This document shows, one piece after another, positions 39,770 through 46,950 of a DNA stretch of 51,665 nucleotides (positions within the stretch are counted from its first letter, which is position 1; the number at the start of each line of letters is the position of its first letter). The stretch is taken from positions 1 to 51,665 of the forward strand of contig JALDAG010000003.1 in assembly GCA_022729255.1 (NCBI GenBank). Reading direction: 5' to 3'. The position numbers were made by a program, and so were the translations under genes. Source of the DNA: Candidatus Nanohalarchaeota archaeon. GTDB taxonomy: Archaea > Nanohalarchaeota > Nanosalinia > Nanosalinales > Nanoanaerosalinaceae. A model generated the notes under the pieces. It was not told where the DNA came from. It saw only the letters and a list, made by a program, of their open reading frames with translations, and made no database searches.

Positions 39770-40842
39770 CAGTTACCACCCCTCTCTCTTTCCTTAGCGA
39801 CTTCCAGCTGTTTTTTCAACATATCGGGAACCTCTTCAAACACGTTTTGGAACATCTCCTCTTTTTCAGGAGAATCCATCTCAAGAGCTTTTTCAACGTG
39901 TTTCTCAATGTCTTTCTCTATTTCATCATGAATCTCCTGTTTTTTGTCCTCATCTAACAGCCCTTTATTCATCAGATACGTCTCAAAACGCTTTATAGGG
40001 TCTTTTTCTTTCCATTCTTTGACCTCTTCATCGCTTCTGTATCTTGAAGGGTTGTCGGATGTTGTGTGAACTCCTAATCGGTATGTTAACGCTTCTATCA
40101 TAGTTGGTCCTTCTCCTCCACGAGCTCTTTCAGCAGCATCCTTTACAACTTTATAATTCGCAAGCACGTCGTTTCCATCTACTTGCACTCCTTTTATGCC
40201 GTAGGCTTTCGCTTTCTGTGCAAGGGTTTCCGAAGCTGTCTGCTTTTCTCTTGGAGTTGATATAGCGTAACGGTTGTTCTGGTTGAAAAAGATTACGGGC
40301 GCTTCATATACTCCTGCGAAGTTGAGGGCGCCGTGAAAGTCTCCCTGAGATGTAGCGCCGTCACCAAAAAAGGTTATTGCGATCTCATCTTCTTCTTTTA
40401 TGTTTGACGCCATTGCTATCCCTGTTGCGTGCAGAGTCTGTGATGCGATGGGGATAGAAACAGGAAGGTTATGAGTGTCTTCTACTTTGTTGCCATAAGC
40501 ATCTCCCATAAAATATCTGAAAAGCTTAACAGGGGACATACCTCTTGATAGTGCAAAAGCTGCTTCTCTGAAGGAAGGAACGAACCAGTCACTTTCTTTT
40601 AATGCATGAGCAGCGCCGACCTGACAACCTTCTTCTCCTTTTACAGGAGCATATGTTCCTGCATCTCCTCTTCTTTGTATTTTGAAAGCTTTTTTGTCCA
40701 GAATCCTGGCATATACCATGTCCTTGTACATCTGGACGAGCTTTTCTTCAGGAAGATCTGGCTCGAGTTCTTCATCCACGTTTCCTTCTTTATCTAGTAT
40801 TTGTATGTGCTTTATTCCTTCCTTTATTTCTTTTACTGGCAT
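39769..40842 (-). CDS. pdhA: 2-oxoacid (pyruvate) dehydrogenase E1 alpha
   Basis: TPP motif GDGATS...NN, HTTSDNPSRYR. Confidence 0.94.
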   Translation of the reverse strand: MPVKEIKEGIKHIQILDKEGNVDEELEPDLPEEKLVQMYKDMVYARILDKKAFKIQRRGDAGTYAPVKGEEGCQVGAAHALKESDWFVPSFREAAFALSRGMSPVKLFRYFMGDAYGNKVEDTHNLPVSIPIASQTLHATGIAMASNIKEEDEIAITFFGDGATSQGDFHGALNFAGVYEAPVIFFNQNNRYAISTPREKQTASETLAQKAKAYGIKGVQVDGNDVLANYKVVKDAAERARGGEGPTMIEALTYRLGVHTTSDNPSRYRSDEEVKEWKEKDPIKRFETYLMNKGLLDEDKKQEIHDEIEKDIEKHVEKALEMDSPEKEEMFQNVFEEVPDMLKKQLEVAKERERGGN

Positions 40843-40943
40843 GATTTGATCATCTCCATTTAAAGCCCGAAACCGATTGAAGGGCTCTAGAATTATTAAT
40901 GGGGGTCGTTAAATAATATTTTTTGGCCACGGGAACTGCTTTG

Positions 40944-41480
40944 TTACAACGGCTGCTCGATAACCTGTTTTAATGTCTTAACAGTGATAAAACGGTATTT
41001 TTGTAGGTCTTCTACAGTGAACTGAAACTCCTCCGAGGTCTCCGCCAAACAACAATCTTTGACAAGAGTCACCGAATAACCCCTGTTGTATGCGGATTCC
41101 ACGCATTCCCTTACACCGGCATTTATGGCTAATCCTGCTATGTAGAGGTGCTCAACACTCATATCTATGAAGAAATCGTCGACATATGTTTCGATGAAAG
41201 GATCCCACCCCTTTCTTCCAAAAATTTCTATGCCTTCTTCCATAGGTATCTCATCGATTATATCGGATCTCAGGTTGTTTCTGGGAAATACATCCTCTTC
41301 TTCGTTGTCACCGTACTTCTTCGTATATGCTATAGGCGACTGATTTTTGATTGCTTCATGAACCAAAGTCTTGGCTTTTTTTTCCACTATACTGGTTCTT
41401 CCAAGGTAATAAACCGATGATTCGTCCTTCCACTCGTTCTGAAAATCTACCAAAAGCAAACCTGAATTTGAGGCCCACAT
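40944..41480 (-). CDS. Isochorismatase-family hydrolase (atypical active site)
   Basis: LLLVDFQNEW, IAG...V...AYNRGY.V.LVKDC. Confidence 0.85.
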   Translation of the reverse strand: MWASNSGLLLVDFQNEWKDESSVYYLGRTSIVEKKAKTLVHEAIKNQSPIAYTKKYGDNEEEDVFPRNNLRSDIIDEIPMEEGIEIFGRKGWDPFIETYVDDFFIDMSVEHLYIAGLAINAGVRECVESAYNRGYSVTLVKDCCLAETSEEFQFTVEDLQKYRFITVKTLKQVIEQPL

Positions 41481-41550
41481 AGAAAATAGGTTTGTGGCGG
41501 AGTATAATAATATTTTACCCTCCTGAACGGAACAAAATAAACAAATGTAA

Positions 41551-41780
41551 ACCGCTTAAGGAAGCCTCCAAAACCTTTTTAAAGGTGTGGAAGGTACTTT
41601 ATGGTAGATTTAAGATGGTTAATACTGAGGCCACGTTTTGCGGAACTAGAAGCTTTCTGAAGCTGTTCCATAGAGCCTCAGCTATTTTCACACATTATAT
41701 CCTGAATATTGTGTGGGGATAGATAAAAAGTAGCTCGTCTTTAACCTTCTGGGACTAAACCCGGAACGGAAGAAGGCGGT
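41551..41780 (+). ncRNA. Candidate structured RNA, unknown class
   Basis: Closing helix ACCGCTT/AGGCGGT encloses at least six nested helices, several with G-U pairs that work only on the + strand. Confidence 0.6.
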
Positions 41781-41809
41781 CGAAAAATTTCTAAATAATT
41801 CACCCTAAA

Positions 41810-41938
41810 ACTGCTCTGGTGTAACTTTTCCCGTGCCTGTACGCCTCCACTTCTTATGCGGGAAAGGAAGATCCTTTTCAGGGTTCTTGGTAACACACCG
41901 GGTTTCTGGAGATACCTGTTCGAGCCAGGTGGGCAGTA
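41810..41938 (+). ncRNA. tRNA-like RNA without anticodon loop, with 64-nt D-loop insertion
   Basis: Acceptor ACTGCTC/GGGCAGT+A, D stem GTGT/ACAC, G18G19, T arm ACCTG-TTCGAGC-CAGGT. Confidence 0.75.
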
Positions 41939-41957
41939 TCCCGAGGAGGGAACAAAA

Positions 41958-42140
41958 ATGCAAGGAACAAAAGTTTTGGAAACAAGTATGCCAAATAAAA
42001 CTCAAAACAGCGGTCAAAGCGTTCGATACGAATGCGAGGTATGTGGAAAAACCACAACGTTTAAGAACGTACTTAAAGAAGACAATAGATCTATTGTGTT
42101 GTGCAAAAAGCATTTTAGAAGAAGCGTTTTAGATCTTTAA
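41958..42140 (+). CDS. Small putative zinc-finger protein (CxxC...CxxH), 60 aa
   Basis: GGAGG SD 8 nt before ATG; YECEVCG...VLCKKH. Confidence 0.65.
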   Translation: MQGTKVLETSMPNKTQNSGQSVRYECEVCGKTTTFKNVLKEDNRSIVLCKKHFRRSVLDL

Positions 42141-42160
42141 GTTTGATGACCAGAGCAGAA

Positions 42161-42194
42161 TTGATAGAGATATAATCTCTGTCAACAACTTTTT
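42161..42194 (+). terminator. Hairpin plus oligo-T
   Basis: TTGATAGAGA-TATAA-TCTCTGTCAA followed by CAACTTTTT. Confidence 0.5.
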
Positions 42195-42285
42195 GACTAG
42201 AGCAAGGATCTTGAAGCCAGAGCTTTAATCCTTATTTGAACAGTTTGGAAGTATGGAAGAGAACATAAACTTTTTGACAACTTCA

Positions 42286-42360
42286 TAGCGGGGAGTGGAT
42301 TTGAACCACCGACCTCCGGGTTATGAGCCCGACGAGCACTCCTGGCTGCTCCACCCCGCT
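42286..42360 (-). tRNA. Initiator tRNA-Met(CAT), CCA not encoded
   Basis: A1-U72 pair, three G-C pairs closing the anticodon stem, loop CTCATAA. Confidence 0.97.
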
Positions 42361-42442
42361 ATCTTTTGAATTTCTTGGTAAAGGTTTTAAAGTTAGTGTT
42401 GGTGCGGACAAATTTATATGGAGAGAAGACCAATTTTTTCGT

Positions 42443-43234
42443 ATGGAAAAAGAAAGATTTCAGGGAATGAAGAACAACGGTAAAACGTTCATATTAGCCT
42501 ATGATCACGGGATGGAGCACGGACCTTCTGATTTTAAGGGGCTTCCAGAAACCGCGGATCCAGAAAGAGTATTCAAACTTTCTACTTTTGAAGACGTCAA
42601 CATCTTGGCAGTTCAAAAAGGCTTAGCTGAGACCTATTATGACAGCTACTCGGACAAAGTCAACCTTTTGGTAAAACTTAATGGAACACCGAGCATGAAA
42701 AAGGATGTACCTTACTCTCCTAAAAACTGCACGGTGAAAAGAGCTGTTGAGATAGGTGCTGATGCTGTCGGATACACAGTTTATCCGGGTTCCATCGCCG
42801 AGGAAAAAATGTTCGAGGATTTCAGAGAGGTTCAGGAAAATGCCAGGGAACACGGGATCCCGGTTGTCATGTGGGCGTATCCAAGAGGTAACGAGATAGA
42901 TGACGACACCACGCCAGAGGTTGTTAGTTATGGAGCAAGGATAGGTCTTGAACTTGGAGCTGATATGGTTAAAGTAAAATACACCGGATCAAGGAAAAAC
43001 ATGGAAGAGGTCACAAGGGTTACAGGCGACATGGACGTGGTTGTCTCCGGAGGATCAAGAAAAGAAGATAAAGAATTTTTAGAGATGTTGGATAAATCTT
43101 TGGAAGCGGGATGCGTTGGAACCGCTGTAGGTAGAAACGTCTGGAAAAGAAAAGACCCTGAAAAGATCATAAAAGCCATAGGAGACCTGCTTTTCAGGGA
43201 CAAGACAGTTGAAGAAGCAATAGAAAATTTTTGA
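42443..43234 (+). CDS. Class I fructose-bisphosphate aldolase (DhnA type)
   Basis: LAYDHGMEHGP, WAYPRG, ELGADMVKVKY, AVGRNVW; the ORF-track start lies inside the tRNA, so ATG 42443 is used. Confidence 0.93.
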   Translation: MEKERFQGMKNNGKTFILAYDHGMEHGPSDFKGLPETADPERVFKLSTFEDVNILAVQKGLAETYYDSYSDKVNLLVKLNGTPSMKKDVPYSPKNCTVKRAVEIGADAVGYTVYPGSIAEEKMFEDFREVQENAREHGIPVVMWAYPRGNEIDDDTTPEVVSYGARIGLELGADMVKVKYTGSRKNMEEVTRVTGDMDVVVSGGSRKEDKEFLEMLDKSLEAGCVGTAVGRNVWKRKDPEKIIKAIGDLLFRDKTVEEAIENF

Positions 43235-43244
43235 GGTTGTCCAA

Positions 43245-44420
43245 ATGAAAAAAGCCCAGAAAAAGGATATCAAAGGAAAAAAGGTTTTGGTAAGATCTGA
43301 TCTCAACCTTCCGATAGAAGAAGGAAAGCCTGTTAAAAGTTTGAGATTGAAAAGGTACGCTGACTCCCTACGAGAAATATCTTCTAAAGGAGCTAAGACG
43401 GTTGTAATGGCTCACCAAGGAAGACCTGGCGACAAAGATTTTGGATCCTTAAAGGATCATGTTCCTCTACTTGAACAGGAGCTGGGAAGAGATGTAGGGT
43501 TTGTGAATTCTTTTTTTGGTGAAGAACTCCCGAGAACCTTGGAAAAAATGGATGAAGGAGATATTTGTCTTCTGGAAAACGTTCGTTTTCTTTCCGAGGA
43601 AATTAGGAAAGGATCGGTGGAGAAGCACTCTAATGATTTTTTTGTGAAACACATCTCCAGTTACTTCGATGCATACATCAACGATGGTTTTTCAGTTGCT
43701 CACCGCCCCCATGGTTCTATGATGGGATTTATAGGTCGACTGGAAACTTTTTCAGGACCTTTGATGTCTGAAGAGGTCAAGGAGTGTTCCAAGGCAAGAG
43801 ATGCAGTTGAAAACCCTGTTCTAGTTCTGGGAGGTGCAAAACCGTCCGACATAGTAAAGATGCTAGAAAACATGATTGATAGAGCTAAAAAAGTTTTGTT
43901 AGGAGGAATACCTGGAGAAATAGCTTTGAAGTTAAGAGGAGTTCCTTTAGACAAAAAATACAGCTGGATAAAGGACAGAAAACTTAACAAAGGTGAAAAA
44001 GAGCTTTTGGACCTTATGAAAGAGAACCAGGACAAATTCGTCGTTCCTGTGGATATCAGGAATGAGAAAGGAGAAGTGAGCGTTTCAAAGCTTGATGGAA
44101 CTGAAATGATTTGGGATATAGGCCCCAAGACATCGAAGAAATATGCTGAGATAATCGATGAAGCGGATTCTGTCATAATGAAAGGTCCTATGGGAGCATA
44201 TGAGGAAGGATTTAAAAGAGGATCTTTGGAAGTTCTTGAAGAGGTTAAAAACTGTGATGGGTTTACTTTACTGGGAGGAGGCCATACATCAACCCTTTTA
44301 AACCAATCAAACTTTTCTGTAAATGATTTTTCACATGTTTCCATAGCTGGAGGAGCTTTTGTGAGGTTTATGAGTGGAGAAGATCTTCCTGTTATCGAGG
44401 CGATTTCGAAGTATTCTTAA
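43245..44420 (+). CDS. pgk: Phosphoglycerate kinase
   Basis: VRSDLNLP, AHQGRP, LLENVRF, LGGAK, GGGHT, HVSIAGGA. Confidence 0.96.
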   Translation: MKKAQKKDIKGKKVLVRSDLNLPIEEGKPVKSLRLKRYADSLREISSKGAKTVVMAHQGRPGDKDFGSLKDHVPLLEQELGRDVGFVNSFFGEELPRTLEKMDEGDICLLENVRFLSEEIRKGSVEKHSNDFFVKHISSYFDAYINDGFSVAHRPHGSMMGFIGRLETFSGPLMSEEVKECSKARDAVENPVLVLGGAKPSDIVKMLENMIDRAKKVLLGGIPGEIALKLRGVPLDKKYSWIKDRKLNKGEKELLDLMKENQDKFVVPVDIRNEKGEVSVSKLDGTEMIWDIGPKTSKKYAEIIDEADSVIMKGPMGAYEEGFKRGSLEVLEEVKNCDGFTLLGGGHTSTLLNQSNFSVNDFSHVSIAGGAFVRFMSGEDLPVIEAISKYS

Positions 44421-44456
44421 AAAGGTTTTTAATTGGTGGACTACAATAAGTTATGT

Positions 44457-45215
44457 ATGACAAGAGTAGTCTCAATTGTTTCCGGTAAAGGTGGAGTAGG
44501 TAAGACAACTTTTTCCACAAACTTGGCTGTCTCTCTTGCAGAGAAAGGGGAAAGGGTGGCTTTGATTGATGGAGATTTTTCTGGCGCGAATATATCAAGA
44601 CATTTCGGTCTTAATGCGTCAAGCGCTACCCTGAATGATGTGGTTAAAGGAAATGCGTATATAACTCAGGCGGTCTACCGACACAAGTCGGGTTTATCGG
44701 TTTTACCGGCAGATTTTGAGGATTACTCGCTTGATTCCAACCATTTAAAACACGCCATACTCGATTTCTTGGGACAGAAAGATTTTGTCATAATTGACAG
44801 TCCTCCGGGAGCAAGTAAACCAGTTCAGAGAGCTCTTGAAGCCAGCAATGAAGCTATTATAGTTTCTAAGCCCATGTATCCGGCGGTGGATAACGCTATT
44901 TTGACTAAGAAACTGGCTGAAAAAACAGGGGTGAATATAAATGGTGTTGTTTTGAACCAGGTTTTCGACGATCATCTGGAATTGAGGCACGACGTTGTCG
45001 CTGAAAAGATAGGCGAAGAAATAATAGGAGAGGTACCGCACTGCAACTATGTTAGAGAATCCATAGCTCATGGAGAACCCGTTATACATCATAAACCTTA
45101 TTCAAAGGTTGTGGATTCTGTTGAAGATGTTTCTCACAAACTTCTTGGATTAGAGCCTCCGAAGAGAGGACCTGCAGAACGATTTAAAAAAGGTTTCCTA
45201 AGGTTTTTTGACTAA
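44457..45215 (+). CDS. minD: MinD-family ATPase
   Basis: SGKGGVGKTT, DGD, DSPPG; C-terminal amphipathic RFKKGFLRFF. Confidence 0.85.
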   Translation: MTRVVSIVSGKGGVGKTTFSTNLAVSLAEKGERVALIDGDFSGANISRHFGLNASSATLNDVVKGNAYITQAVYRHKSGLSVLPADFEDYSLDSNHLKHAILDFLGQKDFVIIDSPPGASKPVQRALEASNEAIIVSKPMYPAVDNAILTKKLAEKTGVNINGVVLNQVFDDHLELRHDVVAEKIGEEIIGEVPHCNYVRESIAHGEPVIHHKPYSKVVDSVEDVSHKLLGLEPPKRGPAERFKKGFLRFFD

Positions 45216-45223
45216 GTGGTAAG

Positions 45224-45745
45224 ATGTCGGACACTCATCCGTACGAAACTTATCTCTGGAGTCCTGAGAGAAAAAAATACGAGGATGAAGAGATACCGAA
45301 GGACATAAAATGTATTTTCTGTGCTCAATCTAAAAACGATGAGAGAGTGACCAAACTTTCTGTTTTCGAGGACGATTTCTTGATGGTTGTGTTAAACATT
45401 TTTCCTTACAACACAGGCCATCTAATGGTGGTGCCGAAGAAACACGTTAATTCATTGACCGAATTAAGTGATGAGGAAAGAAACAGGCTTTTTGCCATGG
45501 TTCAAAGCGTTGAAAAACTTCAAAGAGAGGTAAGACGTCCTTTAGGAATAAACGTTGGGATAAATATTGGGAAGGCTGCAGGAGAGTCCATACCTCACTT
45601 ACATGTCCAAGTTGTACCGATATACGAGAAAGACAGAGGGTTTATGGAGACCGCTCTCGACACTAAAGTCATGAAAGAATCTCTTGAACAAGTTAAAGAA
45701 GGCTATTTGGACAGGAAAGATATTTTAGAGGGATACTGGCATTAA
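45224..45745 (+). CDS. HIT-family nucleotidyl hydrolase/transferase (HxHxQ type)
   Basis: CIFC, NIFPYNTGH, AGESIPHLHVQ. Confidence 0.9.
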   Translation: MSDTHPYETYLWSPERKKYEDEEIPKDIKCIFCAQSKNDERVTKLSVFEDDFLMVVLNIFPYNTGHLMVVPKKHVNSLTELSDEERNRLFAMVQSVEKLQREVRRPLGINVGINIGKAAGESIPHLHVQVVPIYEKDRGFMETALDTKVMKESLEQVKEGYLDRKDILEGYWH

Positions 45746-46947
45746 AAAATTTCCGAGAAGAAGCCGCCCGAAGAGATTATATCTCCTAGACCAACCAACC
45801 TTTCTGGATTCTCATGGATTATTATAGGTATTGCAACGATATAAAAATCGTTTAATGAAACTATGCCCGTTTCTGAGAAATCTTCGATTTTTCCAACACC
45901 CTTTAAATGCTTTTCTTCAAAGTCGAAGTTTCTGACATCTTCCATGAAAGGTATATCGCCTTTTTCTGCAGATGCTATGGCACAAAGCTCTCCAAAAACC
46001 ATCGAATCTAACACTTTCTCCGGACTTATACCATAATCCTTTCTGAAAACACAAATATGGAACTCATAGGTGTGTATGTGGAACCTGCTTAGACCTGCGC
46101 TTTCCATGATTTTTACCATCGTATCCGCATGTTCATTAAGGCTTTCAGGCGGCTTCAAACCTATTGATTCCGCTATCTGATTCATCTCATCTCCGTCACA
46201 TCCTAAGCTTTCAACACACGGCAAAATTTCTTCAACTATCTTTTTCGATTTTTTTCCGTCCGTATAAACATACTCAAAGTGTATGGGCGTTTTTAAAGTT
46301 TTCAACTGGGTTCTAGCCTTTTCAACCATTTCTTCGCTGATGTGGTGGAAACCTGAGAAGAAAAACCTGTCTATTTCCTCATCGATAAAATTTATGAAAT
46401 CCTCATCTTCCATAAAAACAGGTTCAAAACCTTTTAAGCTGTCTGAAAGGATCAGCCTTCCTGTCTTGTCTCCCTTGAACTCGAATATAAGGTTCTCCTT
46501 TGTTTTTTCAGAGTTCACAGCATCCGAAACGTTCTTGAATTTTTTTTCGGTCACAGGAACCAGAACTTCATCGTCCATCGCTCTGGAAAGTCTTTTTGAT
46601 ATAAAAGGAGTGTATATAGCAGAATTAGCACCAATCCTGGAAATGAATGTGGATACTATGCCGCCCTGCCCTCCTATAAACGTTTTTCCGTCTTCTATAT
46701 CGGGTTTGAATTTCTCGATATCTATCTCCTTGTTTTTACCTTTTTCCTTACAGTAAGCCAAAACAGACTTCAAGTCATCTTTTTTCGTTATGCGCTCAAG
46801 ATCTTTCGGAATAACCTCGGAGTCTAAGAATTTTTCGGCCGACAAAACCCGGTCTATATTCGCATTGAAACCCGCTAAGAATTTTTGGTTTTTATCAGGT
46901 TCTGGGAACTCTTCCGATATTTCTAGAAACTTTTTATTCCAGTCCAA
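45742..46947 (-). CDS. ADP-dependent glucokinase/phosphofructokinase
   Basis: GFNANID, GGQGG, HFE, HIHT, VGLGDIIS. Confidence 0.92.
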   Translation of the reverse strand: MDWNKKFLEISEEFPEPDKNQKFLAGFNANIDRVLSAEKFLDSEVIPKDLERITKKDDLKSVLAYCKEKGKNKEIDIEKFKPDIEDGKTFIGGQGGIVSTFISRIGANSAIYTPFISKRLSRAMDDEVLVPVTEKKFKNVSDAVNSEKTKENLIFEFKGDKTGRLILSDSLKGFEPVFMEDEDFINFIDEEIDRFFFSGFHHISEEMVEKARTQLKTLKTPIHFEYVYTDGKKSKKIVEEILPCVESLGCDGDEMNQIAESIGLKPPESLNEHADTMVKIMESAGLSRFHIHTYEFHICVFRKDYGISPEKVLDSMVFGELCAIASAEKGDIPFMEDVRNFDFEEKHLKGVGKIEDFSETGIVSLNDFYIVAIPIIIHENPERLVGLGDIISSGGFFSEIF

Positions 46948-46950
46948 CCT

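Noticed and set aside
41551-41780. RNase P RNA or SRP RNA call
   Set aside because: AGGAAGCCTCC and AACGGAAGAAGGC loosely resemble the RNase P conserved regions, but I could not build the P4 pseudoknot; no SRP helix-8 motif. A covariance search is needed to exclude this fully.
41810-41938. Ordinary intron-containing tRNA, tmRNA or Y RNA
   Set aside because: Removing the insert still leaves no anticodon loop, and I saw no BHB motif at the insert. The ORF lies outside the acceptor stem and there is no G3-U70, unlike tmRNA. No Ro60 gene is in the window.
41492-42132. ORFs 41492-41722, 41805-42113, 41833-42132 and the N-terminal extension from 41856
   Set aside because: No SD or motifs, and they overlap the structured elements; only the frame from ATG 41958 has an SD and a metal-binding pattern.
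42141-42290. Integrated element at the 3' end of initiator tRNA
   Set aside because: No integrase and no direct repeat of the tRNA 3' end; the tRNA mimic is on the opposite strand with a different acceptor and T arm.
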